This document shows, in pieces, positions 50,901 through 61,400 of a stretch of 64,000 bases of DNA. Source of the stretch: Myxococcota bacterium (GTDB lineage Bacteria; Myxococcota; XYA12-FULL-58-9; JABJBS01). Under the pieces are notes generated by a model. It saw only the letters and a list, made by a program, of their open reading frames with translations. It was not told where the DNA came from and did no database searches. Both the position numbers and the translations under genes were made by a program. How positions within the stretch are numbered: position 1 is the first letter of the stretch; each line of letters begins with the position of its first letter. The stretch lies in assembly GCA_036339465.1 (NCBI GenBank), contig JAYZAY010000062.1, positions 32,001 through 96,000 on the forward strand, written 5' to 3'.

Positions 50901-51102
50901 GCGAAAAAGGTGTCTTTTACGTACCCAAGCGCGTGAACTGGCCAGTGGCGATATTCCGAATGTTGAAGCGGCTCACGAAGCGCAATTGGCGGCGATGCGT
51001 GCGGATTGGGATGGTAATAAACTCGCCGTAACCAATGTGCGAATGAAACTTTATCTTTCCCTGGCGGTAAGAATGGTGAAAAACTCCCACGTTAGTGGCT
51101 AA
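47980..51102 (+). CDS. rapA: RNA polymerase-associated SNF2-family ATPase, interrupted by one in-frame TGA at 48349-48351
   Basis: N-terminal ORF resembles the RapA tandem Tudor region (GQLVWSQADPSLGVGVV). The same-frame downstream ORF has DEVGLGKT, DEAHH, TATP, GGEGRNFQF, EQRIGRIDR. Confidence 0.88.
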
Positions 51103-51117
51103 TCTTTGCTGGTCAAT

Positions 51118-51321
51118 CTATTTCTCGATCCATTGTTGTGGTATTCGTTTTCGGCTTGTGGGTGTTCGGAAGTTATTTTGGGTTTTTTCGCCCTTTCGAA
51201 GATTTGGGTGGGAATGAGGCCAGTTGTTGGTGGTGGGTATGTTGTGTTGAGCAATTTGATGCTCGGCGAATGCTCGAAGGTCAGTCAGGGTGTTGTCATC
51301 CAGCGATAAGGTTTTGGTCAT
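51118..51321 (-). CDS. Small hypothetical protein, possibly with a ribbon-helix-helix-like N-terminus
   Basis: AGGAG upstream of ATG; MTKTLSLDDNTLTDLRAFAEHQ. Confidence 0.3.
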   Translation of the reverse strand: MTKTLSLDDNTLTDLRAFAEHQIAQHNIPTTNNWPHSHPNLRKGEKTQNNFRTPTSRKRIPQQWIEK

Positions 51322-51511
51322 TGGTTGGGTCTCCTAGCATCCGCAGGGCGCGCTACCGGTCCAAATTGGCGCAAGAGTTATGTCCCAATACGGCGATCCG
51401 GCAGCTTGGAAGTTCGAGCTATGGTAGCAACTATAAAATCTTGTGCACACCACTGCGGGCCAATGCCCATAGTCTAGATAATCTGTTCGAGGATCGGGAT
51501 CTTGGGTGTGG

Positions 51512-53719
51512 TTATTGGACCGGTTTTCTCAAATCCATAAATTTTGCACGTTCAATAAAATCATCGATTCTTTCGACTGCGCCCGCATTTGGTGCGAGGG
51601 AGCGGTATTGGGTGAAATAACCAATGGCTTCTGGATATTTACTTTGGTGGTAGTGGGCATCACCTAGGAGCTTGATGCGCTCCCCTTCAAAGATATCGGA
51701 ATCCATGGGAGACATGCTCATGAAGGTTTGAATGGCTTTTACGTAGTGACGTCGATTGAAGAAACATCGTCCTACTAAATAGTCTAATTCGGGGTTGGTG
51801 GTGCCTTTTTTCTTGAGTGCTTGGATTGTTTTGCAGACCTCTTTGTTTTTGTGTTGACCCAATAGATAATTCCTGAGGATGGTCTGAGTCTTCTTCTTTT
51901 GGGACAATGCCCACAAACTCATGGTTAGATAGCGGTAGTTGTCTTGCCCGGTTTTATGGAGAAGGGCGAGGGTGAAATGTTGCTTAGCAGTCTCTATTTC
52001 ACCCAAACGCCACAGAGTTTTACCCAAGAGGGTGTGGATTCGATTGAGTTGGTCTTCGTGAAGAAAATGCGATTCGATGAGTTTGGAACTCAGTTTGAGG
52101 AGTGCGTCGATTTGATTGGCCTGCGCCAATGCGTCGGCGAGATCGAGTTGAGAAGAGGGGGTGTCTCCTAGGAGGTCACAGATTTTCTGATAAACGGGAA
52201 GGGCTGTGTCTGGGCTTAAGCGCCGGGCTTCGCTTCGGAGACTGGCAATGACGTGGGCACAGGGTTTTTCAAGGATGCTGGGGGTTCTAAATTGTTTGGC
52301 TGCGGCTCGGCTTTCAATTTTGTCTACCTTGATGGTTTGGAGGTACGTTTTCCATTCGTCAGCCAAAGTGGACAGCGGTTTTCCGTAGTGGTTGGCGAAG
52401 TCTCCGGATTGGTAGCTTTTCACCAACCATTGTGGGGGGTAGTGGGTTCTGAGATACCGCATAAACGAACCTACTGTAGTGTAGGCTCGTCGGGGCGCAA
52501 CTTTCCAGAATCCAAATGAATTGAGTAGGTTTTCTAGTTTTGGGGCACGGTTATCTTGAAAAAGTGAGCGGGCCGCTTGGTGAATGGTGAGTTTGTTTCG
52601 ACTTGGGGTGAGTGCCTCTGCAAACCCTTCCACAACGCCCATGTTAATAAGGACTTCATGCTGAGCGCTCACACCAAGCCAACTTGTACCAAAATCCGAA
52701 GCCACGGCGTGGACGAGTTCATGGGCGAGTACAGAATGGGGGACCTTGGTACCATGAATATGGATTTCCTGGAGCCATGGTTTGGCAAACATGGTGTGAT
52801 AGCCGCCCATAAAAAATCGCTTTTTGTGGGCAGAAGCATAAACGTAGCTTCGGATTTTGGGGAGTGTTTTTAGTTCGAGTTTTTGCTGGAGCTGGCCCAG
52901 CCTGAAGAGATGGTCTTCGGTTAGGTTTTTTCGTTGGATTTTCGAGATACCCTTTCCGAAAAAGATCTGGACTTTGTCGTCTTCGTAGGTTTCTTGGAAG
53001 TGTTGTGCCATGGTGTCGTGGGTGAACCGATAACCATATTTGGGTTCCCAATGGGATTCTAAGGGCAGTAGGAGGGCGAGTATAATGAGATGAGCGCCTA
53101 GGATAGTGGGCCAAGTACACCGGTGGGAGACAAAGGTGAGACAAAATAACCCTAAGATACGTAATCCCGTATTGGCTCGGAACATCAGCAATTTGGTGTC
53201 GATACCGATGGCTTCATCGTAGATACTTCCGGCGAAATAACCGTAGAGGTGGTCAAAAATAAAAATGGGGGGGTGATGATAAAAACCCCAGATGTCCATC
53301 AATACCGGCACGATTAGGATGGCTGCGCTTACTTTCTTTTTATCATTGAAAGGAAGGCCTCGGACCCAAAGCCCCAAAGCATAACCGTAGAGGGTGCTCA
53401 CTACGGGCAGCAGCAAGAAGAACTCAAGGCCTTCGATATAATCACAATTTTGGACCCGAATGGTATTGGCAGACATGATGAAGAGAAAAGCCAAAAGGCC
53501 CATTAGTAGGGCTCGAAGGGGGGGGGGGACGATTCCTTGAGAAGCTTTTGGCGTTTGTCCGCACCAAAAACCGAGGGGCCCCACCACCAGTCCCAAAAAG
53601 AAGCTGGATTCGTAACCTAGAATATTCAGCAGGGGGGTCAAGGAGAATATGAGTCCGAGGCACGGGGGAATGGAGAGTAGGAGATACTCTTTTGGACTCT
53701 GTGGGCTAAGTCGTCGCAT
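51512..53719 (-). CDS. Membrane protein with a gluzincin-like metallopeptidase motif and C-terminal TPRs
   Basis: About 6 N-terminal TM segments; HELVH followed by EGFAEAL; TPR-like helices. Confidence 0.7.
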   Translation of the reverse strand: MRRLSPQSPKEYLLLSIPPCLGLIFSLTPLLNILGYESSFFLGLVVGPLGFWCGQTPKASQGIVPPPLRALLMGLLAFLFIMSANTIRVQNCDYIEGLEFFLLLPVVSTLYGYALGLWVRGLPFNDKKKVSAAILIVPVLMDIWGFYHHPPIFIFDHLYGYFAGSIYDEAIGIDTKLLMFRANTGLRILGLFCLTFVSHRCTWPTILGAHLIILALLLPLESHWEPKYGYRFTHDTMAQHFQETYEDDKVQIFFGKGISKIQRKNLTEDHLFRLGQLQQKLELKTLPKIRSYVYASAHKKRFFMGGYHTMFAKPWLQEIHIHGTKVPHSVLAHELVHAVASDFGTSWLGVSAQHEVLINMGVVEGFAEALTPSRNKLTIHQAARSLFQDNRAPKLENLLNSFGFWKVAPRRAYTTVGSFMRYLRTHYPPQWLVKSYQSGDFANHYGKPLSTLADEWKTYLQTIKVDKIESRAAAKQFRTPSILEKPCAHVIASLRSEARRLSPDTALPVYQKICDLLGDTPSSQLDLADALAQANQIDALLKLSSKLIESHFLHEDQLNRIHTLLGKTLWRLGEIETAKQHFTLALLHKTGQDNYRYLTMSLWALSQKKKTQTILRNYLLGQHKNKEVCKTIQALKKKGTTNPELDYLVGRCFFNRRHYVKAIQTFMSMSPMDSDIFEGERIKLLGDAHYHQSKYPEAIGYFTQYRSLAPNAGAVERIDDFIERAKFMDLRKPVQ

Positions 53720-53734
53720 CTTGGCGTCTACTTC

Positions 53735-54292
53735 TCAGTGGGCGGTGAAGGGGGGAGGAATGATCAGTTGGTGGCCCACCTTAATCTCGTGGCGAGCGCA
53801 GTATCCGCCGGGTAGTTCCAACACGAATCGAGAGGGTTGCTTTGTACCTCGAGAGGTTGTGGTCATGGGTTTGGCGTTGGCGACGATGTGAATGATTTTA
53901 AGGTTGTCATTCACAAAGAGCATGTCGAGGGGAATGAGGGTGTTTTTCATCCAGAAGGAGTGGGGCTCGGATTTAGGAAAGATAAAGAGCATGCCATGAT
54001 GGGGCGCTAGGCTTTTTCGGTTCATGAGGCCCTGGGATCGGGCTTTGGGTGTCGAGGCTATTTCCGCTCTAATAATCAGCGATTTTTCTGGGCCACGAAT
54101 TTCAATTCGACGGCTGCTTTGTGCAATTGGACCAGCGACAACCGAGGATGATGCGAGGATGATTCCCAGTAGGAACAATGGTTTGTAGCTTCTTGAATAT
54201 GTTTTACGGATCACTCTTTTCTCTCCGCCGGATCGAATCATGGGGCCTGTTGATGGCTGATTGTAAGTACGCCCCTTAGGTAGAACTTTCAA
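53735..54292 (-). CDS. DUF192 family protein
   Basis: EIA..R.QGLM.R, GMLFIF, FWMKNTLIPLDMLF, VLELPGG. Confidence 0.92.
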   Translation of the reverse strand: MKVLPKGRTYNQPSTGPMIRSGGEKRVIRKTYSRSYKPLFLLGIILASSSVVAGPIAQSSRRIEIRGPEKSLIIRAEIASTPKARSQGLMNRKSLAPHHGMLFIFPKSEPHSFWMKNTLIPLDMLFVNDNLKIIHIVANAKPMTTTSRGTKQPSRFVLELPGGYCARHEIKVGHQLIIPPPFTAH

Positions 54293-54404
54293 GGCTCTAT
54301 GGTTTTCACGGCTTGCGCAACTTTTGGTCCATAAGGTGATTGTTTGAGGGCGAGAGACTTGGTCTAATGTCGAATATGCCGACCTTGGATTAAGCTATTT
54401 TGAA

Positions 54405-56156
54405 TTGGATGCTATGGGGACCCTTTTTGCAATTATGGGGCTAGTTTCTCTCGTAGGTGCTGCTCCTCAGACCACATTGGAGTCTCAATGTCGTCTAAGG
54501 GACGCGCTTCCTCTTTTGGTTCAGGCCTTACCTCCCACCACGGAATTGGCAAGAAAGCATTGGGCCTCATTGGATGGGGAATCGGAGGTTATCGTTAATC
54601 TTAGGGCCCTACAAGAGTTTGGTTATCCATGGATAGCTTATGCGATGACGCATCTACTTTTGAGAGAGGATGGGGCTTCAGCCTGGGAGCCATCGAGCGA
54701 GGAGGAGCAATTGATTTTTCGTCTCCACACGGAAACCGGAAAATGGGGGGATTATATTGAGCTTTTGGTGGACCAAAAATTACGGGTCCCAGAAAGCCAC
54801 AAAGAAGAGTTTTTTATTCGAGAAGCGCGCTATTTACTAAGCTTTGCCACAGCAAACCATCAAGGCAGAGCTCGGGACCAGGTGGCGGGATTGATGGATT
54901 TTGGGAAATCTATGCAGGCTGTTTTACGGGTTGAAAATCCACAAGCCGAAAAACAAGAGGCTGGAAGCTCAGGGGGGCAAAAACCAGGGCTTGAGCAATT
55001 TGATATTGTTTTTGATTTTGATAATGGTCAGGGCTCTTTTGCTCAAGGAGCGTCGTCGGAGCTAGAGTTTTCGGAATCGCGATATATCAATGGCGATGGG
55101 CGAATCATCAACGAGGCTCGGTGGAGGAACGCATTAACGCCTATCGAAGTGATGGCCACCGTCCACACGATGGTGGCGCGCGCGAATCAGACGGGGCAAG
55201 GCCGGGTGAAGGCCTTCATGTTGAAGGCGATCGCCTCTTATCTCGCATCGAACCCAACCAATGCGATTAAGTATTTTGAGGAAGCCTTTGGGCGTTATGT
55301 ACAGTCAGGGGTGGCAGAAGATGATCGGCTTTTGAATTATTTTCGCGTGATGGTGGCGCGATTAAATTACGAGATCGGTTTGTTTGAAAAGAGTCTGAGT
55401 TGGTACGAAAAAGTTTACGAGCGCTCATCATGGCGGGAGACGGCTCGCCAGGAAAGGTTGTGGGCTTTGTTGCGACTGAATCGTTCGAGGGAGCTTCAAA
55501 AAGCCTTGAAAGAGTTTTCTGAAGAACGAGTTGGGGGCTTGGGTTTACTTGATTTGGGTATTGTCAGGGTATCAAACGCTATTGTTGATTGTAAATTGGC
55601 TACGGCACAACAACTTCTTGAATCCTATGTGAGGGACTCTTTTGCGTTGCTTCAGGAAGTGAAATCGGTGGTAAAGGTTGTCGGTGGGCGTGAGAGAGCA
55701 GGGGACTCTCGGGTTCTGTCTGTAAAATTGGATCAGATCATTCATTCGGTATTGATGGCGCCATCGGTGATTCGCATTCGGCGATCATTGCGGGAAATCG
55801 TGACCGAAATCAGTATGGCTCGGAAGGTTGATCGAGGAGCTCGCTCCATCGACCGCGTGTTGGATCTCTTGATGAGTGAGTCTGTTATGCAACAAAAAAT
55901 CTTGCAACAGGAGCTCCTAAAAAATTGGGAGCGCACCTATAAGGCCATCGACCAATATCTGGGCGTTGGGTTGGACCTGTTGGTGGTTTTGGACCGCCTC
56001 CAAAGTGGCGAAGGCAGTGGGGAGCTCATGGCGAGTTCGAAGAAAATTGAAAACCGAGGTGGAAGGGTTGAGGAAGTTATGGAAGACTTTGAACCGGATA
56101 AGGCTTTTCTAATGCGAACCATAGCGAACTGTCAGGAATTGAATATTGCCCGATGA
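54405..56156 (+). CDS. Exported TPR-like protein (GltC-like position)
   Basis: Signal-like N-terminus, helical repeats, position in the cluster. Confidence 0.5.
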   Translation: MDAMGTLFAIMGLVSLVGAAPQTTLESQCRLRDALPLLVQALPPTTELARKHWASLDGESEVIVNLRALQEFGYPWIAYAMTHLLLREDGASAWEPSSEEEQLIFRLHTETGKWGDYIELLVDQKLRVPESHKEEFFIREARYLLSFATANHQGRARDQVAGLMDFGKSMQAVLRVENPQAEKQEAGSSGGQKPGLEQFDIVFDFDNGQGSFAQGASSELEFSESRYINGDGRIINEARWRNALTPIEVMATVHTMVARANQTGQGRVKAFMLKAIASYLASNPTNAIKYFEEAFGRYVQSGVAEDDRLLNYFRVMVARLNYEIGLFEKSLSWYEKVYERSSWRETARQERLWALLRLNRSRELQKALKEFSEERVGGLGLLDLGIVRVSNAIVDCKLATAQQLLESYVRDSFALLQEVKSVVKVVGGRERAGDSRVLSVKLDQIIHSVLMAPSVIRIRRSLREIVTEISMARKVDRGARSIDRVLDLLMSESVMQQKILQQELLKNWERTYKAIDQYLGVGLDLLVVLDRLQSGEGSGELMASSKKIENRGGRVEEVMEDFEPDKAFLMRTIANCQELNIAR

Positions 56157-59100
56157 ACTATTTCTTTCATAGTTTGCATCGTGGTTTTGCCTACTTGTGT
56201 GGAGTTGTGGGTGTCGCATTGATTGCACTTCCCACAGCCTTTGCGGAGGAGGCGCCATTTTGGAAAACAAAATTGTTGGAGCGCAACAACCGCTTTGTTA
56301 CGAGTTATATTCAGTATTGGACCAATTCGGACGATAACCACCGACTTTATGATTTATTGGATGGGAGATTGGAAGAGGCGGTATGGCGTCATACCGAGTC
56401 TTCCAAAAAAGCGAGAAGAACCAGCCTTGACAGTGAATTGAAAGCGCTCAAGGAGCGTGAGCGATTGGTTGGGCAGGTGGATATTTGCGGTCATGGACTA
56501 GAGGCATCCTTGGGCATGGCTGAGGCTTATAAAGTTCTAAGTTTAGAACATATTAAGAAAGGCCGAACGACGTCGCCGTTGGGGCGGGAGTACCTAAATG
56601 AGTCTACCATCGTATATCTAAAGGAAGCAGAACGTATACTCGGAGGTATTGCTCAGCAGTGCTCCATGGGTGAACGCACCGCTTATGTTTGGCTGTCTTT
56701 GGGAGAGATTCACTTATTACTGCAAGAATATGACCAGGCAGCAGTCTATGTTCGAGATTTCATAACCGAATACCCTTATCTAGATGACAGTGAAAAAGCA
56801 TGGTTTTTTGCGGGTGAAATCTATTTCTCTAAACAAGATTTTTCAAAGGCGGCTCGGGCTTATGAACAAGTGTTGCGCTACGAAGGACCTATTTCAGCGT
56901 TGGCGCTTTATCGAATTGGTTTACTTCATGGATTTATGAAAAAACAGATGACGGCCATTCAATATTTCTCGAAAGCATACAATCTCATTGCAATAACCAA
57001 GAATCCCAATTCGAGTACGACACATATAGGTAGCCTTGAGATAAAAAGGGGAGTGCTAAATGCGATATGTGATGTTTTGATCAGAAAGGTCATTGATGGA
57101 GGGCACTCGGCAAAAGAACGGCTGGATTTGTGGACTTTGTTTCTTCGGGAGATTCAATCTGTGGACTTGCGGGAGGCTGTCGAACTCACGGTTTTATTTC
57201 GAATTCTGGACCGCCATCGTGGTGATCAGCTAAAGACATATTTCACGTTGCCTCAGATTGGTAAATCGGCTTCCATTGGAAGCCTGAGGCAATTTGTAGA
57301 AAATTTGTTCTTGTCCAAACCTTCGAGCGACTTTCACCGGCGTAAAGCGACAGATAATTCACATCACTTTATTAAACTCTTATGTGATGGGCGCGGAGAT
57401 GATGTCATCTTACGTGGTGTTCGTTGTCGCCGGGCTTGGAGGATCGGTTTCAGAAGTTATCTCAGGTACTTACATGGGCTTGGGGAATATCAAGGCCGTG
57501 ATGATTTTCGGGATTCTTTGGAGCGTGTTTTAATTCAGACCTACCGAGAAGTTCCTAAATCATGGAATCTCCTGCCGTGGTTGGTGACTGAGAGTCAATT
57601 GCTTGCCCGTGGGTTTGAAGTCCGAGATATTCCTCAGCCCCTCAAAGGGGCATTTCGTCACGTAGACTTAAGTGAATATTTTTATGAGTTGACGCACTGG
57701 TTGGGGTGGGTGAATCTTGAGCGGGGACGTCGATTATTGATGGCTTCAGAAGGTTTAGGCCATTCTGAGACGATTCATCTCAATATGTTTTGGGGGCGTC
57801 CAACTGAGGAGATAGGGGCCGAATCCCTCGTGAATTTTTTTCGCGCCAGTGGAAATCAGTGGTCACCCGGGCAGGCTATGGCGTTGTTTTCGACTTACAG
57901 TCTTGAGTTTGCTCGGTTGGGGGCGAAGTCGCTTGTCAGTGAATGGAGGAAAGGGGTTCAGGATGAATCTTGGTATGCTGCGGAAGGGCATGCCTGGGTT
58001 GGGTTGACCTTAGATACTTTGTGTGCAGAAAAACCCTCGCAGAAAATCACCCTTGAGGCATTTTTGAAGGGGTCAGCTTCGATCTCAAATGGGGCCTTAG
58101 AACCTGTCATGATTGGTTTTGGGGCGTTGCTTGAAAGGAGTGGTGGACCACTCTGGGCCCATAAATGGTGGTCTTCTATAGAAGAACGCTTGAGCTCAAG
58201 CGCCAAAGAAAATATCGTTGTCAAAATCGGAATGAATATTGTGTTGGCGACGGAGGCTTTGAAAAGGGGAGATTGGGAGCGAGCTGAAGAATCGTTGGTC
58301 CACATTATTACTTCGGAATTTAAGGCAGTAGAGGCGGTACCTGTGGGGGTTTTTGATCGAGCCAGACTAAAACTCGCTCAGACTAAGGAGCGGCAGGGCC
58401 AATATGTAGAGGGAGCACAGGCTTGGTTTAAGGTAGCAGGCCAAAACACTCTTTCCAATGACCGCTTATTAGGATTAAAGCGCGGTCTTGAAATAACCGT
58501 TCACCAACGTGATCCTCTTCTTCTAAAAAAGAGCACCGAGTTAAAACCTATTTGGAAGGCGCTTAATCTTCAGGCCACTGATTCACAGGACCCATGTGTT
58601 TGGGTAGGGGATTTAGTGAGTCAGTGGGCCAATGTTTCAAATGGTGGCCGCGCGGACTTGGAGCAGATGACGCTTCTTTCACAGCACGGCCACGCTTGTT
58701 ATCGCAATGTGTTGAGTTCGCCAGCAGTTTTGGTTGAACGTACCAAGGCATGTCAGGTCACGGCGAATTGGCGAGAGCTCATAGAGCATGGTCGTATCTA
58801 TGATGTTAATTACAAAGTATTGCTAGAGGATTTTGGCAAGTTTTCACGAAAACTCTTAAGCACGGCGTCCAAGGGAAATGTTGTGGCTTGTGAGGTGTTG
58901 TCGGGCTGGCAATCTTTGGACGAAGGGAGACTTTTGTTAAGGAAATTTGAGAGTCATACATTGAAGTTAAGAGCGAGTAAGAAAATCAACGTCGCAGCAA
59001 AACGATTTAGTGCGATAGTCCAGAAACTCTCAAAGTTATTTACCAAAGCCGTCGCGAAACTCGTTGAACTCGAAAATCATTCATCGGGTATTGTTCGGTA

Positions 59101-59365
59101 TTTGGCATTATCAGACATAGGGCGTCTCTATGCCACAATGGGAATAAGAATTGACCATTTGACCAACAGAGCCAGCAGTGCTTTGGAGAAGGAAGGTCAA
59201 AGTATATTTCATGAAATGGTGCAAGCACAAATGGCTGAACTTCGGAATCAAAAAGCCGTCTACATGCGGGCTGCTTCATCTCTTTTGGAACAACTTGGGC
59301 CTCGCGAAAAGTGGTTACGATTTGTCACGATTCCTCCCTTAGGCCGTTCTGCTTCGGATGGTTAA
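56153..59365 (+). CDS. Large exported TPR protein (GltD/AgmU-like)
   Basis: Signal peptide ending AFA; TPRs such as AWFFAGEIYFSKQDFSKAARAYEQV; ATGA overlap. Confidence 0.6.
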   Translation: MNYFFHSLHRGFAYLCGVVGVALIALPTAFAEEAPFWKTKLLERNNRFVTSYIQYWTNSDDNHRLYDLLDGRLEEAVWRHTESSKKARRTSLDSELKALKERERLVGQVDICGHGLEASLGMAEAYKVLSLEHIKKGRTTSPLGREYLNESTIVYLKEAERILGGIAQQCSMGERTAYVWLSLGEIHLLLQEYDQAAVYVRDFITEYPYLDDSEKAWFFAGEIYFSKQDFSKAARAYEQVLRYEGPISALALYRIGLLHGFMKKQMTAIQYFSKAYNLIAITKNPNSSTTHIGSLEIKRGVLNAICDVLIRKVIDGGHSAKERLDLWTLFLREIQSVDLREAVELTVLFRILDRHRGDQLKTYFTLPQIGKSASIGSLRQFVENLFLSKPSSDFHRRKATDNSHHFIKLLCDGRGDDVILRGVRCRRAWRIGFRSYLRYLHGLGEYQGRDDFRDSLERVLIQTYREVPKSWNLLPWLVTESQLLARGFEVRDIPQPLKGAFRHVDLSEYFYELTHWLGWVNLERGRRLLMASEGLGHSETIHLNMFWGRPTEEIGAESLVNFFRASGNQWSPGQAMALFSTYSLEFARLGAKSLVSEWRKGVQDESWYAAEGHAWVGLTLDTLCAEKPSQKITLEAFLKGSASISNGALEPVMIGFGALLERSGGPLWAHKWWSSIEERLSSSAKENIVVKIGMNIVLATEALKRGDWERAEESLVHIITSEFKAVEAVPVGVFDRARLKLAQTKERQGQYVEGAQAWFKVAGQNTLSNDRLLGLKRGLEITVHQRDPLLLKKSTELKPIWKALNLQATDSQDPCVWVGDLVSQWANVSNGGRADLEQMTLLSQHGHACYRNVLSSPAVLVERTKACQVTANWRELIEHGRIYDVNYKVLLEDFGKFSRKLLSTASKGNVVACEVLSGWQSLDEGRLLLRKFESHTLKLRASKKINVAAKRFSAIVQKLSKLFTKAVAKLVELENHSSGIVRYLALSDIGRLYATMGIRIDHLTNRASSALEKEGQSIFHEMVQAQMAELRNQKAVYMRAASSLLEQLGPREKWLRFVTIPPLGRSASDG

Positions 59366-59482
59366 GTTCAAAAATTACGGATGCTTATGCGAGCTTCTCT
59401 GTGAGGAAGGACTTCTACCTACCTTTGACCACTTCCGTGACTACCCGCTTTTGGTTACGCTAGTAGGAGTAGAACAAATTCG

Positions 59483-59764
59483 GTGGTTCAGCCCATGATG
59501 AGAGGTTTGATTGTTGCTATTGTCCTGATGGGCACAGTTGGGCCTGTACATGCCGACACCGGGAAATTGTCGCCGAAATCCGCAGCTCCAGTGATAAAAC
59601 TTGAGGGCTTTGAGGTCCGGGTGGATGGGGCTCTACCCATGTCATTGTATTTGGAGCGACGGGCGAATCAACGATTGGCACTTCTCTTGAGAGTTCGGGT
59701 CAGATTTAGAAATGAGTTAATTCAGAGTTTTGAAATGTTCTTGGACCGATATGACAGTTTTTGA
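59483..59764 (+). CDS. Small exported protein (GltF/CglF-like)
   Basis: Signal peptide; LLRVRVRFRNELIQS pattern; lies directly before the FHA-TonB_C gene. Confidence 0.55.
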   Translation: MVQPMMRGLIVAIVLMGTVGPVHADTGKLSPKSAAPVIKLEGFEVRVDGALPMSLYLERRANQRLALLLRVRVRFRNELIQSFEMFLDRYDSF

Positions 59765-61343
59765 AGAGCTAGAGCTATTCCTCGCCGTTTATTCCGAGGG
59801 GAATGTTAGAGAGTACCGTTTTGCTTCGGGACTCAACCCACGGATTCGTCTCGGTGTGGGGTATGGCAATGAGTTAGAGCTTGTGGGTAACCGAATTGGT
59901 CGAGTTCATGCTGTTTTGGAAGTAGGTGGCGGTACAATCTCTTTGGTCGATATGGGGACGATACTGGGGACTAAGGTTAATGGTCTTTTGGTGGAGCGGG
60001 TGCTTTTGAATCATGGAGATGAGATAGGTATTGCCGATGTGGTGATTCGGTGTGGGATCAATGAACGTATCATTACCTCTGAAGCTACGACGAATAACGG
60101 TCAAGATATGGGCTTTGGTTCAGAGTCGGGTGGGAATGAAGATGTCGAAAAATATCCTGTGGTTGATCTGCAATTGTTGTCGGGTGGGGTGGCTGTTCAA
60201 TATGAGTGTTTGTCTATGGGGGAAACCTTTAGGATTGGTTCGGGGAAAAGGTCCGATTTCCTTTGGCCTATTACCAATTTTGAGGAAACAGATTTTTCCT
60301 TGATAGAGGGGGATGGCCAAGAAAAATCAGTGCTTAAGCTTTTACCTGGAATGGTGGGGGTCTGTAATCGTCAGGGGGGATCGCATCGGATCGATAATCA
60401 ATATTTCCAGCATGGCTCAGAAATTTCGATACCCCTGAACCCTCAAGATTTTGGGAGCCTACTTTTGGAGGGTCTAGAAATCCGGTACCGGGTAGAGCTG
60501 TTGCCCGCCTTGACATCCATCGGATTCACGACGCGTGTTTTTTCGTATTTCTCTCAGATTTTGGTGGCCAGTTTGGTGTTCCACCTCATCTTCATTTTAG
60601 GTCTTATGAGGATTCCGATTTCTGACCCATTTCCCGATCATGGTTTTGTACAACCCCAGGACAGATTTGCGCGGTTATTGGTTTCAAACGAGACATTTCA
60701 ATCCCCAGCGCATGTAAAATTCGGGTCTCATGTGTTGACGAAGAAAAACCGAGTTCAGTTGCAGAAATTAGACCTAAAAAAATTGGTGAAAAAGAGGCGA
60801 AAGGAGGCCAAGAAATATCTGGGACGCGCGATGCATCGATTGAGTCATTCGATTACAAGACCATTGTCTGCATTGGGTTCCTTGGAAAGTGCAGGCGTAG
60901 CGGCTATGGGCTTTGAGCCAAGTCATGGGGGTGGCAAAGCATCCTATCTTGTGGTTGAGGATTTAGATAAAACGGAGGCATTTTCATTGGTCTCTGTTGT
61001 GGGTGCGGATGCTGATGGTGGACGAGGCGGTTTAAGTGAGATGAGTTTAACACAACGATATCAAAAGACCGTTCAAAGACAAGTTCACCGATACCTAGAT
61101 GATATTCAGCGTTGCTATATTACCTTGAAGCCGGTCCATGGTGACAGCCACGAAGAGATCAGTTTGGTATGGGAGATATCTCAGAGTGGTAAAGTAAAGG
61201 GAAAACCAAAGATTCATGGTATGTATAAAGGGTTCCAGCGGGTTAGACACTGTATGCAAACAGCCATTAAGGCTTGGCAGTTTGAAAGCCATGCTTTGGG
61301 CAAGAGTATAAGAGTAGAATATACGTTCCGATTGACGGGTTAA
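59751..61343 (+). CDS. FHA domain + TM + TonB/TolA C-terminal-like protein (GltG/PglI-like)
   Basis: FHA-like RVHAVL..DMGTILGTKVNG; TM SLVFHLIF; C-terminal IQRCY...WEISQSGKV...C...WQF...VEYTFRL. Confidence 0.75.
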   Translation: MTVFEELELFLAVYSEGNVREYRFASGLNPRIRLGVGYGNELELVGNRIGRVHAVLEVGGGTISLVDMGTILGTKVNGLLVERVLLNHGDEIGIADVVIRCGINERIITSEATTNNGQDMGFGSESGGNEDVEKYPVVDLQLLSGGVAVQYECLSMGETFRIGSGKRSDFLWPITNFEETDFSLIEGDGQEKSVLKLLPGMVGVCNRQGGSHRIDNQYFQHGSEISIPLNPQDFGSLLLEGLEIRYRVELLPALTSIGFTTRVFSYFSQILVASLVFHLIFILGLMRIPISDPFPDHGFVQPQDRFARLLVSNETFQSPAHVKFGSHVLTKKNRVQLQKLDLKKLVKKRRKEAKKYLGRAMHRLSHSITRPLSALGSLESAGVAAMGFEPSHGGGKASYLVVEDLDKTEAFSLVSVVGADADGGRGGLSEMSLTQRYQKTVQRQVHRYLDDIQRCYITLKPVHGDSHEEISLVWEISQSGKVKGKPKIHGMYKGFQRVRHCMQTAIKAWQFESHALGKSIRVEYTFRLTG

Positions 61344-61400
61344 TTTTTGTGTTTTTCTCTAAGATCTTAATATATTGTGCCGTGGAGAAATGCCAAAACG

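Noticed and set aside
48358..51102. SNF2 ATPase as a chromatin remodeller or defence helicase partnering the histone
   Set aside because: N-terminal region and motifs indicate ordinary RapA, and it lies 31 kb from the histone
5869..51102. Alternative genetic code (stop-codon reassignment) explaining the in-frame stops
   Set aside because: TAA, TAG and TGA all terminate well-conserved genes at the expected positions, and the relics also contain frameshifts
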